A stretch of DNA of 64,000 bases from assembly GCA_050951325.1 (NCBI GenBank), contig JBMNIW010000012.1:480001-544000 (forward strand), in the 5' to 3' direction. Positions within the stretch are counted from its first letter, which is position 1, and every line of letters begins with the position of its first letter. This stretch comes from Clostridia bacterium (GTDB taxonomy: Bacteria > Bacillota > Clostridia > UBA1212 > DUPL01). The position numbers and the translations under genes are program-made. The notes beneath the pieces are model-generated. The model was given only the letters and a program-made list of their open reading frames with translations, searched no databases and had not been told where the DNA came from. Below, in pieces: positions 10,042 to 19,067 of this stretch.

Positions 10042-10793
10042 TGGTCTGAATCATTTTTAACGAACTCCATTAACGCATAATGGGTTCTGTCAGACATGTT
10101 CCGCACCTTTTTAAATATGTCATTCCAATAATCCCCGTCAGAAGTCATGGGCAGTCTGTGAATTTTTCCGTCTACTACCTTCCAGTTGAATACATGCAGG
10201 TTCTTGAGATACGGATTGAGTTTCTCAAGATACTCATATACATCTTTCATTGGCATTGATGCATAAGGCTGAAAATATGCGTAAGCTATAGAATCTTTAC
10301 CATTGTTTTTAGCAATTTTCTTAACATTTTCAAGAAGCTCCATGTATGAAGGAAGAGTATCCGTCAGTGTGCCTCCGTGACATTCATAAGATACTGTCAT
10401 ACCTTCCTTTTTCGCCTCTTCAACAATAGCAAAGGATTCTTCTTCGATTCTTTTTCTTGTATCGCTGTCGGTATGTTCGCTTCCTTTTACACCTGCCCAA
10501 ACCCTGATATTTTGAGCAGACAAGGCTTTTGCCGTTTCAAGTACAGGTATGAAAGAATTCATAGAGTTGTCGCCATATGCTCCTACTCTGTAATATGAGC
10601 CGTAGGAACAGCATGCAAGACCAGCTTTTATTGTCTTTTCCCCAACAACTTTTGCATTTTTCAAGTCGTTGGGAGGAACATGAATGTCTCCCCCCCATTC
10701 AATGGCTTCCAAATCAGCCCTCTTCGCAATCTCTATAACTTCCTCTACATTCTTGTTTCTAAAAGTAACTGAAACCAGTCCAAGTTTAATCAT
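9996..10793 (-). CDS. Sugar phosphate isomerase/epimerase (xylose-isomerase-like TIM barrel)
   Basis: GLVSVTFR, IEWGGDIHVP, SYGSYYR, IRVWAG, ECHGGTLTD, LMEFV. Confidence 0.82.
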   Translation of the reverse strand: MIKLGLVSVTFRNKNVEEVIEIAKRADLEAIEWGGDIHVPPNDLKNAKVVGEKTIKAGLACCSYGSYYRVGAYGDNSMNSFIPVLETAKALSAQNIRVWAGVKGSEHTDSDTRKRIEEESFAIVEEAKKEGMTVSYECHGGTLTDTLPSYMELLENVKKIAKNNGKDSIAYAYFQPYASMPMKDVYEYLEKLNPYLKNLHVFNWKVVDGKIHRLPMTSDGDYWNDIFKKVRNMSDRTHYALMEFVKNDSDHQFLEDAKVLRDFLN

Positions 10794-10801
10794 TCTTCAC
10801 C

Positions 10802-11815
10802 TCACGCCATAATTGGAAATCTTTTCTTATCGACTTCCCAGTCAAGCTTTTCGCCGTTTAAGAATTTTTCTAATTCTGAAAGCATGTAGTCTCCCATCCT
10901 TGTACATTCTCGGCCAACCGAGCCTGCCACATGAGGAGTAAGAATCACGTTGGGAAGGTCAAACAATGGTGAATCCTCCTTTGGAGGTTCAGGATGGGTT
11001 ACATCAAGACATGCATATAAGTCAGGACGTTTTTTTAGAACCTCAATCATTTCATTTTCCTTTATTATTGCACCCCTGGAAGTGTTTATAAAGGTGGTGG
11101 AAGGTTTCATCATTTCAAAATGTCTTCCTTCAATCATTCCTACCGTTTCAGGCAGCAGTGGAGTGTGCAGTGACACAACATCGCTCTGGCTGAACACCTC
11201 ATCCAAAGTACACATTTTAACATCAAGACCCATTTTGTCTGCCTGCTCCTGGGTTACAAACGGATCGTATGCAATTATGTTAAGGTCAAATGGTTTGAGA
11301 AGCTGTGCAACCATCCTTCCTATCATGCCAAGCGAGATAATGCCTACGGTGCTTTTGTATGTGCCGTAGACTATCCTTTTTACATCATTGTCTTGAATTC
11401 CTCTTTTTCTGTTTCGTTTGAAACTGTCCATGTAATACCAACCCAGTTTCAGGCTGTATAATACTTGTGCCACGGTAAAGTGGGCAACGGGTACGGCATT
11501 TGCTCCCCAGGCACTGCAAACCCTTACTCCTCTGTTCCAAAATGCATCAGAGACAACGCTCTTCAATGATCCTGCTCCATACAAAACAATTTTTAGATTT
11601 TTAAACACATCCAAAAGTTCTTCATTAAATTTTGGACATGACCAGGTGGAAAAAACAATATCAACATCCGCATATGCTTCTTTGTTTGCAAGCACTTTCT
11701 CCCTATTTGCCCATCCTGCGGACATGTCTACAAGGGCAGCTATTTTCTCCTGTGTTTCTTTTGAATATACCCTGTCGATTACGCCTGCGTTTTCAGTCAA
11801 ATAAATTCCCTTCAC
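10802..11815 (-). CDS. D-isomer-specific 2-hydroxyacid dehydrogenase
   Basis: GIISLGMIG, YDPF, VSLHTPLLPET, FINTSRG, LDVTHPEP, TPHVAG; probable GTG start at 11815 after GGAGGG. Confidence 0.88.
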   Translation of the reverse strand: MKGIYLTENAGVIDRVYSKETQEKIAALVDMSAGWANREKVLANKEAYADVDIVFSTWSCPKFNEELLDVFKNLKIVLYGAGSLKSVVSDAFWNRGVRVCSAWGANAVPVAHFTVAQVLYSLKLGWYYMDSFKRNRKRGIQDNDVKRIVYGTYKSTVGIISLGMIGRMVAQLLKPFDLNIIAYDPFVTQEQADKMGLDVKMCTLDEVFSQSDVVSLHTPLLPETVGMIEGRHFEMMKPSTTFINTSRGAIIKENEMIEVLKKRPDLYACLDVTHPEPPKEDSPLFDLPNVILTPHVAGSVGRECTRMGDYMLSELEKFLNGEKLDWEVDKKRFPIMA

Positions 11816-13709
11816 GATAATCCCTCCAAACATTTTCAAACCAGGTGTCATGCTCCGGTATGGGGCGCACTTTCTCCCAGTAGTTTTTTATATTTCCGTT
11901 TAAGTAGCTTGTTACAAGTATTCTGTCCATAAAGGTCTTTTCATTGCCTTGATTGTCTACAACAAGGTATGAGCCTCTGCTGGTTCCTCCGTTTTCTATG
12001 TATGCTATCATTGCACTTATATAGCATATTTGGCTAATAAGGTTGTAATAAGTATAGAAAAACATGTTTATATCAATTTTTCGTCCACTTGCTTTTTCAA
12101 CAACCAAAGAAAGATCTTCCTTTGCTTCATTTAAAGCTTCTTTGAGTAAATCCAATCTTCTAATGGCCCCCGCTTTTTCGCTCATCCTCTTTTTCAGCTT
12201 TATGTCAAGCTCATAAATATTTAAACCATCTTCCTTTTGCTTTAGGAATGCACTGCCAAGATTAATGGTTTCTTTTACAGAGTCCAATAGTTCATCAAAA
12301 GCATATTTTACATAATCTTCTACGTCTTCAATTCTTCTTTTTGCTTTTATATATTCAGCACATCTTACGCTTCCTGTCTGCGTTGAATTAAGAGCCGACC
12401 CGCCTGGCCTGTATACACCATAAATGCCTGCAGCTTCACCAATAGGAAAGATACCTTTAATATTGCTCTGCCAATATATATCTACCTTAAGTCCTCCGTT
12501 GTTATGCTGTGCGCAGACAGCAATCTCAAGCTTTTCCTTTTCCAGGTCTATTCCGTTGTTCTTGTATAAATCATAGGCTTCAGGATTAATCTTTCTTAAA
12601 CGGTGAAGTGGAGACTTTTTTGCATCTTCTTCAGTTATTCCGCATTTTTGCAAGTATTCCTTGCCTTCGGGTCCAATTATCGAAAACCAGTCATCACATA
12701 TATTGGTTGTATAATCCAGCCAGACTCGTCTGTTTTTCTTGTATATTTCTTCGTAAACAAGCAAATCTATGTTTGACGAGCCTTCGTTTTCCAGTTTCTT
12801 TGCATCAAATGGCCACTGGTATCCTTTGAGGAAAACAGCATCAATGGCTTTTTGTCTGGTGGAAAAGTGTTCAAACAAAAAGTCTTTTGGGTCATTGCCT
12901 TCCTGATCTGTAGATACATATCTAGGAACTACCTGTTGATAAGTTCCTGACAGATTCCATCTGAATTTAGTAGAAGCAATTCCATACTGCCACTCAGTAA
13001 GATTAACTCCATCACATCCAACAGCAAAGGCAACCCCGGTTGCACCTACCTGGCTTGGAGGAAACACGGAATCCCTGTACATGCCTGCAGGTCCTCCTGT
13101 GGCAAGAACAATATTTGGACTAAAAACAATCTTGTAACCGTCTTTTGAAAGTGCCACAAGACCGTATGCTTCATTGTCCTTTACCAGTAGTTTCACAAGC
13201 TGCATGTCATCAAGTATAGGGATGCCCTTTGATTTAACCGACTTTTCAAGAGCTTCAGTCATGTATTTGGATGTAAGGGGGCCTGCAGAAGTTGCTCTTG
13301 AGGAGGAATCGTGGTCAGTCCGATATCCTACATACAACCCATATTTGTCATGCGGGAAGGGGACTCCAAGACCTGCAAGCTTGTAAAAGTTTCTTAACGA
13401 CAAGGCAGCTTCAACAAGAGCATGGTCTCCATGAATTCCTCCACCCTCGAATAAATCTTTTGCCATGTCATAAATAGAGTCTTTTTCTTTTGATTGGGAA
13501 AGTTTATAGAATGTCTGCTTGTCGGAACCTGTATTTCTTGAAGTTCCGGAGTTAATACCGTTTGAAATTACAATTATGTCTTTAACTCCAAGATTCCATA
13601 GAGTGTCTGCGCAATTAAAGCCTGCACAACCAGTTCCTACGATTACCGCATCGCAGTAAACGCAGGGAAAGGTGTCCTCCTGAATTGTAATAGAATCAAA
13701 CTTAATCAT
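11793..13709 (-). CDS. FAD-binding oxidoreductase of the SdhA/FrdA/NadB fold, substrate unknown
   Basis: VIVGTGCAG, VLATGG, QHNNGGL, GEAAG, YRPGGSAL; the SHT His that binds FAD covalently in SdhA is replaced by SRNTGSDKQ. Confidence 0.8.
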   Translation of the reverse strand: MIKFDSITIQEDTFPCVYCDAVIVGTGCAGFNCADTLWNLGVKDIIVISNGINSGTSRNTGSDKQTFYKLSQSKEKDSIYDMAKDLFEGGGIHGDHALVEAALSLRNFYKLAGLGVPFPHDKYGLYVGYRTDHDSSSRATSAGPLTSKYMTEALEKSVKSKGIPILDDMQLVKLLVKDNEAYGLVALSKDGYKIVFSPNIVLATGGPAGMYRDSVFPPSQVGATGVAFAVGCDGVNLTEWQYGIASTKFRWNLSGTYQQVVPRYVSTDQEGNDPKDFLFEHFSTRQKAIDAVFLKGYQWPFDAKKLENEGSSNIDLLVYEEIYKKNRRVWLDYTTNICDDWFSIIGPEGKEYLQKCGITEEDAKKSPLHRLRKINPEAYDLYKNNGIDLEKEKLEIAVCAQHNNGGLKVDIYWQSNIKGIFPIGEAAGIYGVYRPGGSALNSTQTGSVRCAEYIKAKRRIEDVEDYVKYAFDELLDSVKETINLGSAFLKQKEDGLNIYELDIKLKKRMSEKAGAIRRLDLLKEALNEAKEDLSLVVEKASGRKIDINMFFYTYYNLISQICYISAMIAYIENGGTSRGSYLVVDNQGNEKTFMDRILVTSYLNGNIKNYWEKVRPIPEHDTWFENVWRDYREGNLFD

Positions 13710-14476
13710 AGCCTTTTAATATGAAAACCTCCATCGATATCGATTACTGTTCCTGTTGAATAGGGGAACAAACCAAGGGCAAAGGCAAGAACGGCTTTTG
13801 CTATGTCTTCGGGTTTTCCCCAGCGCTTTAGTGGCAAAATACCTTTGTTAAATATTAACTCGTCGTACTTTTCCTTAACAGTGGAAGTCATGTCTGTATC
13901 TATTATTCCAGGTCTAATCTCATAAACATTGATTCCGTAAGTTGCAAGTCTGTCGGCAAACAGTTTGGTTATCATTGATACGCCGGCTTTTGATATGCAG
14001 TATTCGCCGCGGTTTACACTGCTGGTATCAGAAGAAATCGAGCTTATGTTTACAATGATGCCGGATGATTTGCCTTTTTCCACTTGTTCTATCATTGTGT
14101 TTGCCACCAGCTGTGTAAGAAAGAAAGTGCCTTTTAAGTTTACACCCAATACAAAGTCCATGCTTTCTTCAGTCATTTTCAATATGTCGTTTCTTTCTTT
14201 CGGTGCAACACCTGCATTGTTTACAAGCAAATCAATGCTTTTCTCATTCCGCATGACTGTGTCGACAATCTTTTGCCTGTCTTTTGCATTCTGAATGTTT
14301 GCGCATATGTATTTACAGTTATTATTATTCTTTTTGAAGGCGTTAAATTCAGGATAGTCGTCTTCCTTTTCACGAGTTCCCACGGCATAGACAATAAAAG
14401 AGTTTTTAACAAGTAATCTAACTATGCCAAACCCTATCCCTCGGGTTCCTCCAGTTACTATAGCCACCCTAGCCAT
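13706..14476 (-). CDS. Short-chain dehydrogenase/reductase (3-ketoacyl-ACP-reductase-like)
   Basis: TGGTRGIG, LVNNAGV, NISS, YCISK (YxxxK), IRPGIIDTDMT, IDGG. Confidence 0.9.
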   Translation of the reverse strand: MARVAIVTGGTRGIGFGIVRLLVKNSFIVYAVGTREKEDDYPEFNAFKKNNNNCKYICANIQNAKDRQKIVDTVMRNEKSIDLLVNNAGVAPKERNDILKMTEESMDFVLGVNLKGTFFLTQLVANTMIEQVEKGKSSGIIVNISSISSDTSSVNRGEYCISKAGVSMITKLFADRLATYGINVYEIRPGIIDTDMTSTVKEKYDELIFNKGILPLKRWGKPEDIAKAVLAFALGLFPYSTGTVIDIDGGFHIKRL

Positions 14477-15794
14477 ATTTTCTAACCTCCCTCAATATTG
14501 GAAGATATACTTCCTGGTCTCTTACAGGACAGCCGGCAAATCTTCCTGCACGCATGATTTTTGTACACAGACTGCATGTAAGGCATATTTTATCTGAAAA
14601 CATTCTGTTGTGATTTATTATGTCATTTGCAAAGTCCGGGTACGCAAGGGCAACTCTTCCCATGCCCATGATATCCGTTTTGTTGTTTGCAATTTCATTG
14701 GCAGCAACATGAGGGGCGCACTGCCTGAACCAGCTGTAGCCGGTACCCACAACAATCATATCAGGATACTCCTGTTTTACTTTAGCCGAACCTTCGATAA
14801 GTCTGCCAAGGCCAACCAGTGGATGTTCAGGTGGGGTGTATCCTCCTGCATTGTAGGGCCTGTTGATATGGGGATTGTGGTAGGGGTTACCCATTGTAAT
14901 GTTGATAACTTTCATTCCCATATCTTTAAGCATCCCAATTAGTTTGATAGGTTCGGTCAAATCCATCTTGTCGACATTGCCACCCCAGCCGGGATTGTTT
15001 TCAGTCTTTAGGTACGAATCGTAAAGATTAAGTCTTACAGTTAATATAAAGTTGTCGCCGCAGGCTTCCTTTACCTTCTTAAAAGAGGTCATAAGTAGTT
15101 TTACTCTGTTTTCAAAAGAACCTCCGTATTTGCCTTCTCTTTCGTAAGCAGAAAGAAGTTCCCCCAGGAGATAGCCGTGACATGCTTTAATATCCACACC
15201 ATCAAAGCCTGCCTCCTTTAGTAAAAGGGCTGTCTTTGCAAACATATCTGGCAGGGAATCAAGGTATTCATCGGCTGCATATGTAAAGGCATCTTCAGGC
15301 AGGCCGGAGCTTTCCCTTAATTCCACATTGTCATAAGCGCATATGGGGGAAGCAGCTCCATTTGGTTTTGAGTATCTTCCTGAGTGTGTAAGCTGTGCTA
15401 TCAATATCTGTTTTTTGCTGCTGACTTCACTGCGTGTCTTCCTTATTTCATCTACAAATGTCTTAAACACTTCCTTGTTTTGTTCGGTTATGTATAACTG
15501 TCTTGGGTTTGCCCGCGACTCTTCACAGATTGCAATAGCTTCAAACCAAACAAGTCCTGCTCCGCCTCGTGCAAATCTTTTATACCTTCTCAAGGAAAAC
15601 TCCGACGGTGAACCGTCGGTATGGCCGTCGCAGCCCTCCAAAGGGTGTATTGCCATGCGGTTTGGGGAGATATAACCATCTCCCAAATCAACTTCTTCCT
15701 TGAGTATTGAAATGTCATCCTGATATCCCAAATCCAGGTTGAAATCTTTTATATAAGTCATAAGGCTGTCTTTGTCGTATTTAAATTTCTGCAA
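14469..15794 (-). CDS. NADH:flavin oxidoreductase (Old Yellow Enzyme family) with a C-terminal Cys cluster
   Basis: NRMAIHPLEG, GGAGLVWFEA, QLTHSGR, AGFDGVDIKACHGYLL, YGGSFENR, MGRVALAYPD, CLTCSLC-x11-C; TTG start after AGGAGG. Confidence 0.88.
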   Translation of the reverse strand: MQKFKYDKDSLMTYIKDFNLDLGYQDDISILKEEVDLGDGYISPNRMAIHPLEGCDGHTDGSPSEFSLRRYKRFARGGAGLVWFEAIAICEESRANPRQLYITEQNKEVFKTFVDEIRKTRSEVSSKKQILIAQLTHSGRYSKPNGAASPICAYDNVELRESSGLPEDAFTYAADEYLDSLPDMFAKTALLLKEAGFDGVDIKACHGYLLGELLSAYEREGKYGGSFENRVKLLMTSFKKVKEACGDNFILTVRLNLYDSYLKTENNPGWGGNVDKMDLTEPIKLIGMLKDMGMKVINITMGNPYHNPHINRPYNAGGYTPPEHPLVGLGRLIEGSAKVKQEYPDMIVVGTGYSWFRQCAPHVAANEIANNKTDIMGMGRVALAYPDFANDIINHNRMFSDKICLTCSLCTKIMRAGRFAGCPVRDQEVYLPILREVRKYG

Positions 15795-15867
15795 TTAAAA
15801 TCCTCCTAAAATTCTAATTCCCTTAAATACTACCACAACAGTTGGTGTATAAATAAGAATTATCATT

Positions 15868-16986
15868 TTAAAAATATGCATTATTGCCAAATACCTTTTT
15901 TATAGCCTCCAAATATCCATATCCATACAAATCATCCGGCTGCAGGTAGCTGGTTTCAGTCCATTCATTCCAGCTGTTAATGGTAATAAGTGGCGGCTGG
16001 TTTGGGTGATTGTCAGCATATTCCTTTGCCATTCTAAAGGCCTTCTCAACATTTTCGGGTGTGTTGTTTTTTACTATTCCCGGTCTGAATTCCTTAAACC
16101 TGGGATTGTTGTCCCAGCCAACGGATATGTGAGGGAAATATGGGATTTTGTACTTGGAAAGTGCCTCCCATTCTTTTTCAACATCTTTAAGAATCTCGAG
16201 ATAATCCCTGTCAATATTGGCAAAATGGACAAACTGATAGTGGCTCATGCTGTCGAACCCCAGCACTTCAATTATTTCAGACGGTTTCATTGTCCTCTCT
16301 TCGTCCACTCCTGAAACATTCTTTACGTTCTGGGACCACATAGTAAGTTGAAGATGCAGACCCTTCAACCCTCTTTTTATGCATTCGTTTTTAAACCAGT
16401 CTAAAGCATTTCGCGTTTGCTCAAGACCACCAAGGCCTCTTATTAAGTTTTCTATGTCGTAAATCATGAAAACAGGTTTTTCATCAATTGTATAGTAGTT
16501 TGAACGCTTGAAGTATTTTTCGATGACTCTTGTTGCTATTGTTTCAAAAACGCTTCTTGATACAGCTCCGTCCCATATAATGTTGTAAAGATCATGAGAC
16601 AGCCTTTTGTCCCACACATTGTTTACACTGTGGTTTGCCCACATTAAATAGAACTTCATTTTATGATTGTTTTTTGCCTTAAGAAAGCCGTCATTCAGGC
16701 AATTTTCCAAAAAAGGTCTGTTGTCATACCAATACCAGTCGTAGATGAATACATTGACACCATGGTCCACTGCGCACTCAATCTGCATTTCCATCACATA
16801 AGGGTCCGCTTCGTTTACATAACCCCAGAGTGGTCTTCTTGGCCAGGTGTGACCTTCAAACCTCTTGTCTGCATCCCTTACGGACTGCCATTCTCCCATA
16901 CCTTCAGGCCAGAACATTCTTGTCCTCGGTTCATCGCCTGTATATGCTGGCCAGATGTATGCGGCTATATCATACTTTTTATCCAT
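15868..16986 (-). CDS. Glycoside hydrolase family 99-like (WbsX-like) protein, no signal peptide
   Basis: AAYIWP, PLWGY, FIYDWYW, FYLMWANH, GWDNNPR, INSWNEWTETSYLQPD...GYGYLEA. Confidence 0.8.
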   Translation of the reverse strand: MDKKYDIAAYIWPAYTGDEPRTRMFWPEGMGEWQSVRDADKRFEGHTWPRRPLWGYVNEADPYVMEMQIECAVDHGVNVFIYDWYWYDNRPFLENCLNDGFLKAKNNHKMKFYLMWANHSVNNVWDKRLSHDLYNIIWDGAVSRSVFETIATRVIEKYFKRSNYYTIDEKPVFMIYDIENLIRGLGGLEQTRNALDWFKNECIKRGLKGLHLQLTMWSQNVKNVSGVDEERTMKPSEIIEVLGFDSMSHYQFVHFANIDRDYLEILKDVEKEWEALSKYKIPYFPHISVGWDNNPRFKEFRPGIVKNNTPENVEKAFRMAKEYADNHPNQPPLITINSWNEWTETSYLQPDDLYGYGYLEAIKKVFGNNAYF

Positions 16987-17034
16987 TTTATCAGCTCCAT
17001 ATTGTATATTTTATCATGTTTACACTAATTATAG

Positions 17035-17063
17035 ATTATATACAACAGGGTGGACAGTTTCAA
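17035..17063 (-). promoter_or_regulatory. Sigma-A promoter for the GH99-like gene and redox operon
   Basis: On the minus strand TTGAAA-17 bp-TATAAT, overlapped by an inverted repeat at 17042-17092. Confidence 0.65.
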
Positions 17064-17218
17064 TATCTAATATCAGTCTGTCCATATGTTGTGCTTGAAT
17101 AAAGATGAATATAATGCTACAATTGAATTGAGCGGAGTATTTGAAAATGTCCGGTTTTTGTAGTAAATGAATTCTTTATTGTAATAATCAACAGCAGATT
17201 TTTGGAGGTAGTATTCAA

Positions 17219-18379
17219 ATGAATCGTAAAAGAGCACCTTTTTCATCGCACTCATTCCCTGTAGGTCCCCTAGGATTGATAGGTATGGAGAGCTGCCAGG
17301 ATCTGGCCCAGAAAGTTGACGAATGGTTAATTGCGATGAGGGAGGAGGAAACTCAACAAAAAGCATCTTCGTTTCTAATTAAGAACAGATGCCCGAGATT
17401 CGGAAACGGAGAAGCAAAGGGTATAATTGATGAATCAATCAGGGGCAAGGACCTGTATATTTTGATAGACGTGGGTAACTATGGCTGCACATACAATATA
17501 ATGGGCAGGGAAAATGTGAAGTCGCCCGACGATCACTTTATGGATCTGAAAAGAATAATCTCTGCAATTGGAGGCAAGGGAAAGAGGATAAATATAATTA
17601 TGCCTTTTCTGTACGGTGGAAGACAGCACAGGAGGGTAATTAGAGAATCTCTTGACTGTGCGCTGGCACTGCATGAACTTCAGAATCTTGGCATAAGCAA
17701 TATTATCACATTCGATGCTCATGACTCAAGAGTCCAAAATTCCATACCAAATATCAGCTTTGAGAATATTCTCCCATATTACCAGTTCACCAAAGCCCTG
17801 CTTATAGCGGAGCCCGACATAAAGATAGACAAGGAGAACTTGATGATAGTGAGCCCTGACGAAGGCGGAATCCACAGGAATCTATACTATTCATCAATAT
17901 TTGGAATCAACCTGGGTATCTTCATCAAGAGAAGAGATTACTCCACGATGGTTAACGGCAGGAATCCAATAGTTGCTCATGAATTTATTGGCGATGATGT
18001 TGAAGGCAAGGATATTTTGGTTGTGGACGACATGATTTCATCGGGAGATTCATTGCTTGATATTGCTTACGAACTCAAGAGAAGAAAAGCTAGAAAGATT
18101 TACTGCGCAGTTACTTATGCACTGTTTACCGACGGAATAGACTTGTTCAACAAGGCTTATGAGGATGGAGCATTAAACAGAGTATTTGCAACCAACCTGA
18201 CATACAGAAGGCCAGAGCTTAAAGATGCTGAATGGTTTGTTGAGGTTGACATGTCAAAATATATTGCAAAACTGATTGATGCACTTAATTATGACGAGTC
18301 TCTGGGTGTGCTTGTTAATCCTGCACAGAGGATTATAAGTCTTTTGGAGAAGCATTCAAACGGAGAACCCATTGTTTAG
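17219..18379 (+). CDS. prs: Ribose-phosphate pyrophosphokinase (long clostridial form)
   Basis: RFGNGE, ESIRGKD, PFLYGGRQHRR, VSPDEGG, LVVDDMISSG. Confidence 0.92.
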   Translation: MNRKRAPFSSHSFPVGPLGLIGMESCQDLAQKVDEWLIAMREEETQQKASSFLIKNRCPRFGNGEAKGIIDESIRGKDLYILIDVGNYGCTYNIMGRENVKSPDDHFMDLKRIISAIGGKGKRINIIMPFLYGGRQHRRVIRESLDCALALHELQNLGISNIITFDAHDSRVQNSIPNISFENILPYYQFTKALLIAEPDIKIDKENLMIVSPDEGGIHRNLYYSSIFGINLGIFIKRRDYSTMVNGRNPIVAHEFIGDDVEGKDILVVDDMISSGDSLLDIAYELKRRKARKIYCAVTYALFTDGIDLFNKAYEDGALNRVFATNLTYRRPELKDAEWFVEVDMSKYIAKLIDALNYDESLGVLVNPAQRIISLLEKHSNGEPIV

Positions 18380-19020
18380 TATATTAATTCATCCAAAATT
18401 ATTTTACGTGGGTTTGTGATGAAAAGGCTTTCAGCCACTTCAATACCGAAGTTTTCCTCTACAACCTGATAAGCTTTGGCAATATCCAAACCTCCCACAA
18501 AGGAAACAAGGCCGTCTTTGATCATTTCAAAGGCGGTTTTTTTAGCTTTTTTGCCATTTCTTCCGGTGATGTCTTCCGCATTGAGCATATTCAGCATACC
18601 AAAAGGAGTATTGTCTTTAACACATTTATCATTTTTCAGGTTGTGAAGTTGCACCAGAACAATGCCAAACCTGCCCATCTCGGAAATGAGTTCCTGGAGA
18701 TAGGAAGGTTTTTTGTGCAGCTGAACAAGCAGATACCGAGAAGACGCAAGGGTATACTCCCTGTCAAGAATCTTCTTTAGTACATCTGGTGCATCCGGTA
18801 TGAAGAAATCGCAGTTTAAAAGATACCCTGGAAGAATTCTTGTATCTAGTTCCTGACTCTCTGCAAATTCTGCAAGGATAAGAATATTGTCTTCAATATC
18901 GTCACTTTTCCCATAAGTATATTCCTGCGTTGCAATTACATGGGAGCACACAAGCTGCTTCTTCAATTCCCTATAAATCCTTGCCCTGCTTCCTTTAAAC
19001 GGGCAGTACAGGTTAATCAT
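18376..19020 (-). CDS. Degenerate CpsB/CapC-like PHP-fold protein, probably catalytically inactive
   Basis: Overall pattern (TLASSRYLLV, ITGRNGKKAKKTA, GLVSFV, LFITNPRKII) matches CpsB, but the metal ligands are replaced. Confidence 0.6.
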   Translation of the reverse strand: MINLYCPFKGSRARIYRELKKQLVCSHVIATQEYTYGKSDDIEDNILILAEFAESQELDTRILPGYLLNCDFFIPDAPDVLKKILDREYTLASSRYLLVQLHKKPSYLQELISEMGRFGIVLVQLHNLKNDKCVKDNTPFGMLNMLNAEDITGRNGKKAKKTAFEMIKDGLVSFVGGLDIAKAYQVVEENFGIEVAESLFITNPRKIILDELIY

Positions 19021-19035
19021 ATGCTTCACCTCTTG

Positions 19036-19064
19036 AAAAAACAGCCCACTTTACGTGGACTGTA
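19036..19064 (-). terminator. Intrinsic terminator after the HAD gene
   Basis: On the minus strand ACAGTCCAC-GTAAA-GTGGGCTGT followed by TTTTT. Confidence 0.7.
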
Positions 19065-19067
19065 CTT

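Noticed and set aside
11793-13709. Calling the flavoprotein sdhA, frdA or nadB
   Set aside because: The covalent-FAD His motif is missing, active-site motifs diverge, and no sdhB/sdhC or nadA/nadC genes are adjacent
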